From the IMG/VR virus record IMGVR_UViG_3300043423_000073, positions 90,700-154,699 of that record: a stretch of 64,000 nt of DNA; one strand, given 5' to 3'. Shown here in pieces: positions 45,793 to 55,936 of the stretch. This stretch comes from a virus (taxonomy: Duplodnaviria; Caudoviricetes). Every line of letters begins with the position of its first letter. Position 1 is the first letter of the stretch. The translations under genes and the position numbers were made by a program. The notes under the pieces are model-generated. The model did no database searches. It saw only the letters and a program-made list of their open reading frames with translations, and was not told the DNA's origin.

Positions 45793-46198
45793 GCTCCTAA
45801 CCGACGATGTAAACAGCAACGACTTTAAGGCGCAGGTTATTCGTGACCTGCTTCTCCTTATGCCCGAGTGGGACTTAGTCGTTTCTGCGAGCTCGAATGT
45901 GCCTCAGGACATTATCTACGGACTAGGTCTTGCGTTGGTTGAGGAGAAGGCCGGGTTGTCGTTGGTCTACCGCACTAAGGCTGACGGAGATTACCCAGAA
46001 GGCGGCGAAGGTAAAGTCGTTAAGCGTGACCTTACGTTGGTCCCTTCTCAGGGCGGTCTTAGCGTTGGTGACCATCCTGGCTACTACCTGAAACCTCAAG
46101 GCAGGTTTGGTCCATCCTTCACTCAGCAGTATCTAAACCGCGCTTACCCTAAGGGTCGCGGCGTGTCCAACATGCTCCTCAAGCTCACGTGGGGCTAA
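45767..46198 (+). CDS. Hypothetical protein (start uncertain)
   Basis: Open frame. Confidence 0.65.
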   Translation: MGSAVNVIKLLTDDVNSNDFKAQVIRDLLLLMPEWDLVVSASSNVPQDIIYGLGLALVEEKAGLSLVYRTKADGDYPEGGEGKVVKRDLTLVPSQGGLSVGDHPGYYLKPQGRFGPSFTQQYLNRAYPKGRGVSNMLLKLTWG

Positions 46199-46307
46199 CT
46201 CAGGCAAGGTCGGGATTAACACCAAAGGCCTTGCTCTTCCTCTCCTGGCGGGTGGCTGTCGTCAAGGTTCCCTTTCAGCCATTCTCGCCTTTCTCGGCAA
46301 AGGCAAT

Positions 46308-47126
46308 ATGATCTCCCAAGCAATCGCAGCAGCGAAGAACCAAGTTAAGCAGGCCGTCACCCAACTTGCCTTAGGCAACTTTGCACGCGGTGTGCAAGGG
46401 GTGGCGGACTTACCGGGGTCTGTCGTTAAGAATTTCAGAGCCTCCGGTGGGGTGGACTACGGTGACGCCTTCGCAGGTATCAATGCCCGTGGCGACGCCT
46501 TGCAGAACTGGTGTTGGTACGCTGTTATGCCCGAAGTCACAAACCGAAGCGCCTTCTCCTTTGGCGGCAACCAGCCCTCTGTCGCACTTCCTTGGTACTA
46601 TGTGCAGACTGCAAATATGCCACGGCGCAACGTTGCCTCCGATTCAACAATGACCAACGGTCACCAACGGTACTACCCTGGCTCCTATCAGGTAGACGAA
46701 CTCCAGCTTGGCTTCTTCATGGACACCAAGAATGTGGCCCAGCAGTACTTGTCTGCCTGGGAGTCGCTGATCCTCAACACGGATGATCCTGCCGACACAT
46801 TGAACCAAGGCATGTGGGGACTACCAGCGGAGTACAAGAAGGACATTAACATTTTACTGCTTGACACGGTCAAGCGCGAAATGCTAAACGTTAAATACGT
46901 GAGATGCTGGCCGACTAACCTTGAGGCACTTGACCTAACCAGCGAATCCGCAGCCGCACTTGTACAGAACGTGCGCTTCGTGGTTGAAGACGTTTACGTT
47001 TCCGTGTCCAATGACAAAGGCCTAATCGACAACCTAACGGAGACCGCGCTCGGGTATGGTATGGGGGCAATCCAAGGCCCCCTGACCGCTCAACTAAACA
47101 AGTTAGACATTGGATCATTCTTTTGA
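46308..47126 (+). CDS. Tail-tube-like / tube-initiator protein (gp19/gp54 fold)
   Basis: YVQTANMP…YLSAWESLI…YKKDI…CWPT…LDL pattern. Confidence 0.65.
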   Translation: MISQAIAAAKNQVKQAVTQLALGNFARGVQGVADLPGSVVKNFRASGGVDYGDAFAGINARGDALQNWCWYAVMPEVTNRSAFSFGGNQPSVALPWYYVQTANMPRRNVASDSTMTNGHQRYYPGSYQVDELQLGFFMDTKNVAQQYLSAWESLILNTDDPADTLNQGMWGLPAEYKKDINILLLDTVKREMLNVKYVRCWPTNLEALDLTSESAAALVQNVRFVVEDVYVSVSNDKGLIDNLTETALGYGMGAIQGPLTAQLNKLDIGSFF

Positions 47127-47135
47127 GGAAAATAA

Positions 47136-48335
47136 ATGACAGACTCACACCAACACCCACAACACCCACACCAACCTCACCCACACCAACCTCACCCGCC
47201 TGAGGTTGGTGCCGACCAAACCGAGGCCAGAGAAGAGTTCTTTCCGTTTCCGCAGACCACGCAGGACGCAATCGACAAGCAGCTTCGCCGTGCAGTTGCA
47301 CCTGAGCGCATTAAACGCACAGCTGACCCTCACGCGATTGTGACTCCGCACGTCGCAGTTGCGTCCACCGTGCCTGAACCTCCTGCCGCGTGGCACGGCC
47401 AGCACACAGTCAGCGTGGCATCACCTGCGGTTACTCCTATGGGCGACGCAACAGGTGTAAGCATTCCTTTGCCAAGCAAGTTTTTCTGGTACCCATTCAA
47501 GGACCTCTACGTCAAGCCTTTGCGTGTGGCGCACCTAGCGAAGATCAATGCGGCGAATGAGACAGGTAACCTCCAACCTTTGGCCGAGGTTGTCTCAAGT
47601 GTCCTGTCGACGCCTGAGGGCCACACCAATGTGGCAAACATGCTATGCGTCCAAGACTGGATTGCTGTGCTCTATCACCTCAAGCTGGCCAGCTTTAACA
47701 AGCGCGGCATTCAACTTGATTGGACATGCGGAGACGACGAGCACGTCAAGGCAGTTAGCTTCTGGGAAAACATGGCTCCTAAAGAGCGCACAGCGCATGA
47801 GGCAAAGATGGGCGCATTGACCGATGAGGAGAAGACTGGCCTAACTAAGTGGTTTGTTTCTCCTCCTCCGTCTCTGCAAAACAAGGCAATAGTGGACAAC
47901 ACTTTATTGCGCACAAACTTTCTCAGCACTGCACCTGACCCTGAAAAGTATCGAGTACATCTCAAGGGCAAAATACCGTCGTGTTCTGAGTTTGCTTTAA
48001 TGTCCCCGGAGACTGTGCTTGACTCAATTCAGTTCATGGACATTGATAACTGGGTTAGTGACCACGAGGTGCAATGGCTAGCACAGCAGGCGGCAATGCT
48101 GCGTGTGCTCAAGCCTAACGGTACACCGTACTCATTAACAGAGCGCATTGAAATGATTCGTTCTGAGCAGCTTGAGTTTACGAGTGAAGAGTTTTCGTTC
48201 CTGCAAGAGTTCATTGGTGTCATGGACACCTTTGGCGTCGAGGAGTTTGTTAAAGTCCGTTGTAAAGGGTGTGGCGCATCAACTGTGGTTAAGTCCACAG
48301 TTGATGCGTCAACGTTTCTTACCAAAGATATCTGA
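47136..48335 (+). CDS. Baseplate-hub/tail assembly chaperone (gp26-like)
   Basis: LPSKFFWY…VKPL…, C-terminal CKGCG…IDxxTFL-type ending; His/Pro/Gln N-terminus. Confidence 0.6.
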   Translation: MTDSHQHPQHPHQPHPHQPHPPEVGADQTEAREEFFPFPQTTQDAIDKQLRRAVAPERIKRTADPHAIVTPHVAVASTVPEPPAAWHGQHTVSVASPAVTPMGDATGVSIPLPSKFFWYPFKDLYVKPLRVAHLAKINAANETGNLQPLAEVVSSVLSTPEGHTNVANMLCVQDWIAVLYHLKLASFNKRGIQLDWTCGDDEHVKAVSFWENMAPKERTAHEAKMGALTDEEKTGLTKWFVSPPPSLQNKAIVDNTLLRTNFLSTAPDPEKYRVHLKGKIPSCSEFALMSPETVLDSIQFMDIDNWVSDHEVQWLAQQAAMLRVLKPNGTPYSLTERIEMIRSEQLEFTSEEFSFLQEFIGVMDTFGVEEFVKVRCKGCGASTVVKSTVDASTFLTKDI

Positions 48336-48507
48336 CGCGGATGTGGCCGAGCGATTGGCCCATATTGCAGAGGAGATGAAGATTTACGATGAGCAAATGC
48401 CTGTCTCCCGTTTTCTTTATCTCTCTGACCGTGTTAGCTCTATCTGGGAAGCAAAGGCGTCGGCGGTGCAGGAGAACAAAGTCTACATTGGCGGAGGCCG
48501 AAAATGA
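48316..48507 (+). CDS. Small ORF, probable +1-frameshift extension of the chaperone (no good independent start)
   Basis: +1 frame reads FLPKISDADVAERLAHIAEE…; TTT CTT A at 48315-48321. Confidence 0.5.
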   Translation, partial: FLPKISDADVAERLAHIAEEMKIYDEQMPVSRFLYLSDRVSSIWEAKASAVQENKVYIGGGRK

Positions 48508-50357
48508 TCGATAACAGTGATAAGGCCGCCGCGCAGTGGGCGGAAATAGCTGACGGAGGAGATGATCTTCCGGGCTTGCAACCTGAGCGCCCTGCCTCAA
48601 CCCGAGAAAAAAGCGCCCAGCGCGGCTACGAGCGGCAACTTGTCCTAGCAGCAAACGCGACTTCGGCGGTTGTTAGGGCAGAGGAGGCAGTGACTAGCCT
48701 GCCGTACAAAGAAAGCAAACCGTTAGTGGCCTTGGCTATGCGGCTAGTCGCAAAGCTGGCCAAGTCCTTGGTTAAGAAGCGGTTGGCCTCTCGCCTTGTT
48801 TCAATCAATAAGGCTCTCAAGGCGGCGTTTAAGGCATTGGTCGGCCTTGCGAGAGACAAAGGAAAGCCGGAAGGAAAGCAGCCCAAGACAGTAACCACGG
48901 CAAAGCCGGTTGCGAAGAAAGAGCCGAGTAAGGAAAAGCGTAAGCTGCTTCCGTTGTTAGACAAAATTCGTAAACTCGCAAAGGACGCAAAGGACGCAAA
49001 ACCACAACTCGTGTCTAAGCTGTCGGTGCTTAAGGCACGAACACCCAACGTTGCCGGGTTACCAACACGCTTGGCTGTGGCTGTGGCAAAGCCGGTTGCA
49101 CAGGTTGCTACGCGACTCAAGGTGGGCGCGAAAGAGACAGCCAAGACAGCGACTGTAACGATCGCGGCAGTGCGCACACAGCTTTTGCAGGCGCTAACAA
49201 GGCGGCTAGACGAGTTTAGCCTCCCTATGCGAAGGTTGCAGGCAGCCGTTAACAGTGTGGGGCAGCGCATAAGCAACGCCTACAATGACTCCAAAGAGTG
49301 GCTTGGGAGTGTTACCGACAAACTATCGCGTGTCGGCAGTTTCCTGATGCGACCAGTTAGGGCAGCGTCAAGCCAAGGCATAGGCAGCCTGATAGCCATG
49401 ACCGCCTTAATCCCAGGCCTGATCGCCCCCTTTATCAAAGGTGTGGACAAGGCGCTCACCGACAAATTTGGTGAGAACTACATTCAGAACTTTATCAAGA
49501 GTCTCTGGGACAAGTCCTGGTCTTTTCTGGTTGACCAAGTAAAGTCGTTTCTCGGACTCAACAAAACAGCCGACGAGAAGAAGAAAGAGGCAGCAGACGC
49601 TAACAAGTCTCGTGCCGTTGAACAGCTTAAAAAGGCAGAGTCCACAAACGCAGCGAGCCCCAGTAAATACAATCAGGCTAAGGTGGAGAGTGCAAAGCTT
49701 GGCGTTGCAAGCGCAGACCTGTATTCGGACCTAGCAAATAAGAAAGACCCGAACAAGGTAGTGATCGCTGCCCTTGAATTGTTTACCAAGGCACCGCGGG
49801 CTAAGAAATTCGGCGCACGTAACGACCTAGAGGTTTTGGTGCGCATGGAAATACCTAACGGCTCTTTGTCCCCCGAAGTAGCCGCAAAGGTGCGTAAGGC
49901 TGGTGTTGAGGTACCGCCCACAAAGATTGCGCCTAGAAAGGCACCGACTACGTCTAGTGGTGCAGCACCGTTGGGGGCCATATCATCGTCTTCTCGGTCA
50001 CCCGCCTCGTCGTCCACCCCGTCAACACCGTCAACACCGTCAACACCGACGTCCAGCTCTTCCGCAACCTCGCCCTCAACCTCAAACCTTAGCCCTACCT
50101 ATGCTCCTGCCTCGCCGCAAAAGGTACCTACGACCGCTGTGCAGTCTTCTGTCGGTGCCGCTTCTGCTCCTCCTATGGAGTCACCTGCTAAGCCTCCTGC
50201 TGCTAGCGCGCATCCTTCGATGGCGTCGCAACCTGTTAAGGAAGGCGCGGCAAAACGACCCTCACGGGGCGGAGTGACTCCCGGCGTGGGTCAGGTACCT
50301 ACAAGTATGGGTGACTCCGCCCTCTTCGCAATCAACGCACGTGTGCTAGGATCCTAA
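48504..50357 (+). CDS. Tape-measure-like tail protein
   Basis: Helical Ala/Lys-rich, hydrophobic patch, Ser/Pro/Thr tail; follows the chaperone. Confidence 0.5.
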   Translation: MIDNSDKAAAQWAEIADGGDDLPGLQPERPASTREKSAQRGYERQLVLAANATSAVVRAEEAVTSLPYKESKPLVALAMRLVAKLAKSLVKKRLASRLVSINKALKAAFKALVGLARDKGKPEGKQPKTVTTAKPVAKKEPSKEKRKLLPLLDKIRKLAKDAKDAKPQLVSKLSVLKARTPNVAGLPTRLAVAVAKPVAQVATRLKVGAKETAKTATVTIAAVRTQLLQALTRRLDEFSLPMRRLQAAVNSVGQRISNAYNDSKEWLGSVTDKLSRVGSFLMRPVRAASSQGIGSLIAMTALIPGLIAPFIKGVDKALTDKFGENYIQNFIKSLWDKSWSFLVDQVKSFLGLNKTADEKKKEAADANKSRAVEQLKKAESTNAASPSKYNQAKVESAKLGVASADLYSDLANKKDPNKVVIAALELFTKAPRAKKFGARNDLEVLVRMEIPNGSLSPEVAAKVRKAGVEVPPTKIAPRKAPTTSSGAAPLGAISSSSRSPASSSTPSTPSTPSTPTSSSSATSPSTSNLSPTYAPASPQKVPTTAVQSSVGAASAPPMESPAKPPAASAHPSMASQPVKEGAAKRPSRGGVTPGVGQVPTSMGDSALFAINARVLGS

Positions 50358-50358
50358 G

Positions 50359-52026
50359 ATGCTTAAACTTGCTGCCCAGGCTCTCGCAAAGAAAAGAGCT
50401 GCTCTTAAAGCTGGGCAGCTTGTTGCAACCACGGCTGTCGTCGGCGTTGTTCATTCAATCAGTGCGGCAATCAAGAACAGAGACACCATAGAAGCGAGAA
50501 AGAAGCTCAAGGCGGCGAGCAAGGTTATAAACCGAGTAGCTGCCTTAATGATGCAGCGTAAGCGGGGCGAGGTAAGCCCAGAGGACGCGGGGCCACTAGC
50601 CGATGCAGTAGGCGCTGCTGCCAAGGCCGGGCTCTTATCCGTTCTGACCTCGACTGCCTGGGCCTTGTTCACCGCCTTTGCCAGGGCAACTAGCCTAGTT
50701 GTAGGAAGCGTCTTTCGGATTTTTGCAAAAGCCACAATGTTGGTTATACGCCTGGCAGCGGCAAACCCAATCGTGGCTGGCTCTCTCGCCGTCTTTGGTG
50801 CTTCTCTGCTAGCCTACAAGCTTTATAGCACACATCGTGAGAAAAAGTTTGTAGATCGTGAGGAGGCTCCGACTTACATCCAACTGCCGCCGCCCAGTAA
50901 GTCGGATGACAAGACAAAGAGCAAGATTTTTCAGTACAAGGCTGACGATCCTGTTCACAAGATTATTGCCGAGGCCGCGATACGGCACAAGGTGCCTGTT
51001 GACTTTGCCATTCGCCTAGCTGGTGCCGAGAGTACCTTTCGGGTCAACGCGGCAAACAATAGATCGACCGCAAAGGGCCTCTTCCAATTCACCGACGATA
51101 CCTGGAAAGATATGGGTGGTAAACCCGGGATGGAGTTCGATGCTCATGAGAACGCGGAGCTTGGTGCGCGCTACATTAAGCAGCACTACGAACGCCTCAA
51201 GAAGGTCTTAACCCGGCCTGTCCTGCTCTCCGACATTTACACCCTACACTTCTTAGGCCCCGGGGCTATTCGCATGGTTGCCAAAGCCGATAACTCGTGG
51301 CCTCTGGTCCAAGGTCTGGAGCTCATAGGCGGCCCAAGATATGCGCGAAACGTCCTAGCGTCCAATCCAAACATAAAGGACAACGCTAGGACGGTCGGCG
51401 AGTTCTACGCGATAATGGGCGCCAAGGTAGGGATGGACGAGTATAAGGAGGGCGCGCTTGGCGGCACCTACATCTCTTCACCTACACCTATTAGTGCCGC
51501 GCCTTTCCCTCCTGGCCCAACCGGGAGGTTCATGCTTCCGACTTCCGGCAGATTCTCCTCTGGGTACGGCAAGCGTATGCACCCCACAAAAAAGGTCGAG
51601 CTAATGCACTACGGCATCGACATTGCTGCACCGCTAGGCACGCCGATTTATGCAGCAGACGGCGGTGTGGTTACTAAGGCCTCAGTGCTATCCTTTGGTT
51701 ACGGCACGTTGATCGTCATTGACCACGGGTCAGGTCTGCAGACAAAATACGGGCATAGCCGACGACTGTTTGTTAGCAAAGGGCAGGCAGTTGCGAAAGG
51801 TCAGAAGATTGCCGAGGTAGGTAGCGAAGGTCGTTCGACTGGTCCTCACCTGCACTTTGAGATCCTAAGCGGTGGCTCAAGCGTTGACCCTGCAAAGTTT
51901 CTGCCTTCACTGCCAGCTCAGGCTGGCCGAGACGCCTTCATCTCAGAACAAGCCGTAGTCGCTTCCGTGAATTTGATGCCGGAGTTTGTTAAGGGCAAGG
52001 ACGGCAAGCTTATCAACCTTAACTAA
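50359..52026 (+). CDS. Tail-associated lysin: SLT lytic transglycosylase + M23 peptidase
   Basis: AESTF…AKGLFQF (SLT); HYGIDIAA…YGH…STGPHLHFE (M23); N-terminal hydrophobic segments. Confidence 0.9.
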   Translation: MLKLAAQALAKKRAALKAGQLVATTAVVGVVHSISAAIKNRDTIEARKKLKAASKVINRVAALMMQRKRGEVSPEDAGPLADAVGAAAKAGLLSVLTSTAWALFTAFARATSLVVGSVFRIFAKATMLVIRLAAANPIVAGSLAVFGASLLAYKLYSTHREKKFVDREEAPTYIQLPPPSKSDDKTKSKIFQYKADDPVHKIIAEAAIRHKVPVDFAIRLAGAESTFRVNAANNRSTAKGLFQFTDDTWKDMGGKPGMEFDAHENAELGARYIKQHYERLKKVLTRPVLLSDIYTLHFLGPGAIRMVAKADNSWPLVQGLELIGGPRYARNVLASNPNIKDNARTVGEFYAIMGAKVGMDEYKEGALGGTYISSPTPISAAPFPPGPTGRFMLPTSGRFSSGYGKRMHPTKKVELMHYGIDIAAPLGTPIYAADGGVVTKASVLSFGYGTLIVIDHGSGLQTKYGHSRRLFVSKGQAVAKGQKIAEVGSEGRSTGPHLHFEILSGGSSVDPAKFLPSLPAQAGRDAFISEQAVVASVNLMPEFVKGKDGKLINLN

Positions 52027-52034
52027 GGACAACA

Positions 52035-53036
52035 ATGTCTATACTTGACAAGTGGCCGCTGGCTAACGCGGCATCAATCAAGCAGGGAATCGCGGCTGGT
52101 CTTCAAGGTAAAAACAGAGATGCGGTGGCAACAACAAGCACCGATCCTGCCTTGAGGAATCGCAACTATGCTGTCATTATTCAGCAAGAGCGTGATATTG
52201 GAGAAGGCGCTGGCAAGGGGCCAAAGACCATCGTGGGTACTGTGCCTGAGTCTTTTGAGATTGCACAGGCCAGCGAGTTTGACGTTCCTTGGGGCGCTGG
52301 CCTCGCGGGTGATGGCATGCTGGGTAACCTGTCGGCCGTGCTAACCGGCAACCGCCTTATTGGCCAGGTAATGACCATGCGTGTTTGGCAAGGCTCAGGC
52401 AACGACTTTACGTTCACAGTGACCTTTGAGCTTCGAGCCTGGTCAAATCCTGCGACGGATGTTGTGCAGCCGTTGCGCGATCTTATTGGCCTGACTCTGC
52501 CTAGTCTCGACTCCACGGGCTTTCTACAAAGTCCGGGGCCTATCCTTGACGCAGCTGGCGTGGCTGCCATCAGTGGTAGCCTAACGGGTGCCACAGTCAA
52601 GGTAGCGAAGGCGGCAGCTGACGCAATCCCTAAAATAGCCCAGGCCACGACGGTGGATGGGACAACCCAGGTCATCGCAGAGAGTTCAGCAAAGATCAAG
52701 GAAGCGGCCTCTGGGTTAGCCAGCAAGAAAGAGATTGAGGGGCACCTTAGGAACAAGATACGCATTTCGATTGGACGATGGTTTTTCCTCGACAACGTGG
52801 TTGTGCTTAACGTGCAACACGAGATAAAGCCGCAGACTCCGCACCGAGACACTGGCTTGTTTCAGGCAGCCTCTGTGACCGTGACTTTTGCGCCCATGTT
52901 TGCGTTAACCACCGCGGACATTGATTCAATGTTTGCCATAGAAGCCTTTGCCAACCTAGCAGACAACAAAGACAAGAGAAAGACCTCGCCTGTCGAAAAA
53001 GTTGCGAATAGGATTCGCGGAGCATTAGGAGTTTAA
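52035..53036 (+). CDS. Baseplate / tube-initiator-like structural protein
   Basis: VWQGS…FTVTFEL…ISIGRW…ASVTVTF; synteny. Confidence 0.55.
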   Translation: MSILDKWPLANAASIKQGIAAGLQGKNRDAVATTSTDPALRNRNYAVIIQQERDIGEGAGKGPKTIVGTVPESFEIAQASEFDVPWGAGLAGDGMLGNLSAVLTGNRLIGQVMTMRVWQGSGNDFTFTVTFELRAWSNPATDVVQPLRDLIGLTLPSLDSTGFLQSPGPILDAAGVAAISGSLTGATVKVAKAAADAIPKIAQATTVDGTTQVIAESSAKIKEAASGLASKKEIEGHLRNKIRISIGRWFFLDNVVVLNVQHEIKPQTPHRDTGLFQAASVTVTFAPMFALTTADIDSMFAIEAFANLADNKDKRKTSPVEKVANRIRGALGV

Positions 53037-53039
53037 CCC

Positions 53040-53378
53040 ATGACCATTCAGTACTCTGCGGCCACGCCCGTCGAAACTCTCCTAGACGGCACAATCGACT
53101 TCAATGTGACCAAGTCTCTTTACGCCAATCTTCGCTGGAACACTGTCCCCGAGCGCATCATCACCATTGATAGCAAGTACGAGGCTAATCTTCCCGGGCT
53201 GGCCTTTGACTACTATGGAGATATGGAAATGTGGCGAGCTATCCTCGCGTTCAACGGCCTGTTTGACGCTGTTCAAGACGTGCAGGTAGGCGTGCAGATT
53301 GGACTTCCCTCACGGCAGTCCATTGACGAATACTTTGCTGCCCAATCAAAGTCTTCAAACCTTGAGATAAGCGTATGA
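53040..53378 (+). CDS. Baseplate wedge LysM-like protein (gp53/gpX-like)
   Basis: LAFDYYGD…WRAILAFNG…VGVQIGLP. Confidence 0.75.
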   Translation: MTIQYSAATPVETLLDGTIDFNVTKSLYANLRWNTVPERIITIDSKYEANLPGLAFDYYGDMEMWRAILAFNGLFDAVQDVQVGVQIGLPSRQSIDEYFAAQSKSSNLEISV

Positions 53379-54469
53379 CCTTTCGTGTTAATGAACAGGT
53401 CTCTGTTCTTATCAGCCTTGACGGCGTAGAGCTGCCATTCTCTGTTGGCAACACGCTGCACGCGCTGCATATTGTTGGCGCAGGTAACCTCACCTTGCCG
53501 GCGCTGCACATTGAGTTCACCGATACGCTCAATGTCATGGCTAAAAGAGAGCTTAATGACGCTGCGCAGCTTGAGATAACGATTATTTCCAACACGTCTA
53601 TCACTCGGAGGTTTCGAGTTGCCAAGTGGACACGAGCGCAGGCAGCCTCAGGATTCTCTTACGCAATCGACGGGTATTGGGATGCGCCTAGGTACTGGAT
53701 GGGCACGGCTGACCGTCCTATCGAAGGCTCCTCGTCATCTGTGCTGGCAGAGATAGCAAAAGCCTCCGGCCTCAGTGTCTTTGGTAGCAATGTAGCCACC
53801 ACGGACTCACAGGTATGGCTTCCGCGCAATCAAACGTGGGGTAGCTTTGCGCACCACATATCAAGGCATGGCTACGTTAACGACAGGAGCTACACGGCGC
53901 TTGCTGTAGACACCACAGGTAGCCTACGTTACCTTGATCTCAATGCGACGCCTGACCCTACGCTGGTTTTGACCCACACACCCCAGACAGGTAGCAAGTT
54001 CCTCTTGGTGTCAGACTTTGCACCTTCTGCCAAGTCCGGACTAAACACGGTGATAGGTGGTTACCGTTACGACCGTGTTGTTCAGTCGTGGCTAAAAGAC
54101 ACAAAGACAGAAACGAATGCAACGGTAAGCAGCGACTCCAAAAAGCCCGCGTTGAACTATGCGGCGAGAGAGATTCAGAAAACAGGTAGGGTACTCTACA
54201 GTCCAATCGACGGCGGCAATACGCACACAAACTATGAGCGAGCCCTTTACCAAAACACCCGCTTTGGTTTGCTGTTCAGCGTTAGCGCAGAATTCCTGAC
54301 GGCTGCGCAGACTAATCTGGAGTTTGGTGATGTGTTTAAGTACGTGAGCCCTGCCTCTCTCGGCAATGCAACCTACGACGGTAAGTTTACCATTGCCACC
54401 AAGATTGTTTTCATAGTAGGCAGCCTTTACCAAGAAAAGTTTATTGCCTACAAGCACGGAGTTCAATAA
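53375..54469 (+). CDS. Baseplate hub protein (gp27/gpD-like)
   Basis: Position between gp53-like gene and spike; SSSVLAEIA. Confidence 0.6.
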   Translation: MTFRVNEQVSVLISLDGVELPFSVGNTLHALHIVGAGNLTLPALHIEFTDTLNVMAKRELNDAAQLEITIISNTSITRRFRVAKWTRAQAASGFSYAIDGYWDAPRYWMGTADRPIEGSSSSVLAEIAKASGLSVFGSNVATTDSQVWLPRNQTWGSFAHHISRHGYVNDRSYTALAVDTTGSLRYLDLNATPDPTLVLTHTPQTGSKFLLVSDFAPSAKSGLNTVIGGYRYDRVVQSWLKDTKTETNATVSSDSKKPALNYAAREIQKTGRVLYSPIDGGNTHTNYERALYQNTRFGLLFSVSAEFLTAAQTNLEFGDVFKYVSPASLGNATYDGKFTIATKIVFIVGSLYQEKFIAYKHGVQ

Positions 54470-55101
54470 TGAGCATGGACAGCCTAGCCTCTAACACTGA
54501 CGTACTAAACCCAAACTATGAAGAAGTGTATCTCATAGGTACAGTTGTGCAGAACGTCGATCCACTAAACCTGGATAGGGTAAAGGTCAATGTGCCTCGC
54601 TTGTACACGGGGGCAGAAAAGGATTTGCCGTGGGTTGCGCCATTCAAGCCTAACGCGGTAACAGGTCAAGGTGAAGGTTTTGGTACATACGGAAGTCCCG
54701 CAATAGGCTCCTCAGTCATAATTTTATTACAGGCGGGTGACCCTCACTACCCTGTTTACGTCGCAGGGTTAGGCAAGAAAGCGAACGGGTTTTTCCCGTC
54801 AGGTACTTCCTGGGGCTTCCAGGACAAGTTTGGGAACAAGGTCAGGTTCAATGAAGCAAAAGAAATTCGAGTTGAGTCCGCAGCAGGTGTACACATTGTG
54901 ATCTCCCCTGCGGGCGCGGTGTCGTTAACCTCGCCGTCCACTGTGAGTGTGGCGGCGGCAGGTAACCTAAGCCTGTCCTCTGACGCAGATATAGCGATCA
55001 ACGCTGGTGGTGCCTTAGCAATGAGTTCGGGCGGAGCAAGCACCTTGAGTGCAGGCGGCTCAGCGACTATCACTGGCACAACGATTCACTTGAACAACTA
55101 A
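54469..55101 (+). CDS. Baseplate central spike (gp5/gpV OB-fold + beta-helix)
   Basis: GTVVQNVDPLNLDRVKV…LPW…PAIGSSV…GDPHYPVY. Confidence 0.85.
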   Translation: MSMDSLASNTDVLNPNYEEVYLIGTVVQNVDPLNLDRVKVNVPRLYTGAEKDLPWVAPFKPNAVTGQGEGFGTYGSPAIGSSVIILLQAGDPHYPVYVAGLGKKANGFFPSGTSWGFQDKFGNKVRFNEAKEIRVESAAGVHIVISPAGAVSLTSPSTVSVAAAGNLSLSSDADIAINAGGALAMSSGGASTLSAGGSATITGTTIHLNN

Positions 55102-55127
55102 TCACCTAATCACCGAACAAACTAATC

Positions 55128-55901
55128 ATGGCTTGGTCACCACCTAACGATTTGCCTGTTATCTCCACTCAGGAAGATAGCCAAAATGATTCGGTCACAG
55201 TCAGCTTCACCTTGGAAGACGGATCAGGCGGTACGACACCTATTGTCGATCCTGTGTGGTCGTGGAATCCCGACCAGCTGCCGAGCCAAGTGACCTTTAC
55301 TCCTTCGCCTGGAGGAACAAGCGCAACAGTGTTTGCTCCTAATTGGTTGGGGCTGTTCCCGGTGAGCATTGACTATAGAAAGAACGGTGTTCTGTACAAC
55401 GTGTCGAGTTGGGGCGACGTGCCGTCAGATGGGTTAGTCGTTAACTTTGATGCGTCATCGCTGAGCCTCAAGACGTTTACGTTCACTGTAAGTGTTTCTT
55501 ACCGCACGATGGTCGGTGGTCCTATTTCAACCGCTTCGCAGTCGTATCAGATTGAAGTGTTTTCTAACTATGATGTAGGTAAGTCGAGCCTAGCAGCGGC
55601 GAATGCTGGCAAGGCAGGATTACCTGTGGCAAAGCTTGGCGGCAACTGCACAGGTCACGGATGCTTTCCACCTAGGAACTCGACCTCAGCAGAGGCCAAC
55701 GTGCTGATAAACGGAGTAGGTGTCGTGACGTTAGGCGACACGTGGGGACCGCATACCTGCGGCAAGAACACGCATGCAGGCACTCAGAGTGCAGGTTCAC
55801 CGACAGTGTTTGTTAACGGGGCGGCATTGGCCAGAGTAGGTGACGCAATCAGTTGCGGGTCTGCTGTTGCAGAAGGCGCAACATTCGTATTCAGTGGGTA
55901 A
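55128..55901 (+). CDS. PAAR spike-tip protein with ~160-aa beta-rich N-terminal extension
   Basis: CTGHGCFPPR…VLING…GD…HTC…H…GSPTVFVNG…ARVGD…CG. Confidence 0.85.
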   Translation: MAWSPPNDLPVISTQEDSQNDSVTVSFTLEDGSGGTTPIVDPVWSWNPDQLPSQVTFTPSPGGTSATVFAPNWLGLFPVSIDYRKNGVLYNVSSWGDVPSDGLVVNFDASSLSLKTFTFTVSVSYRTMVGGPISTASQSYQIEVFSNYDVGKSSLAAANAGKAGLPVAKLGGNCTGHGCFPPRNSTSAEANVLINGVGVVTLGDTWGPHTCGKNTHAGTQSAGSPTVFVNGAALARVGDAISCGSAVAEGATFVFSG

Positions 55902-55936
55902 CCACTCAGCGGTGACAATTCAGTGGGTAACAGTGT

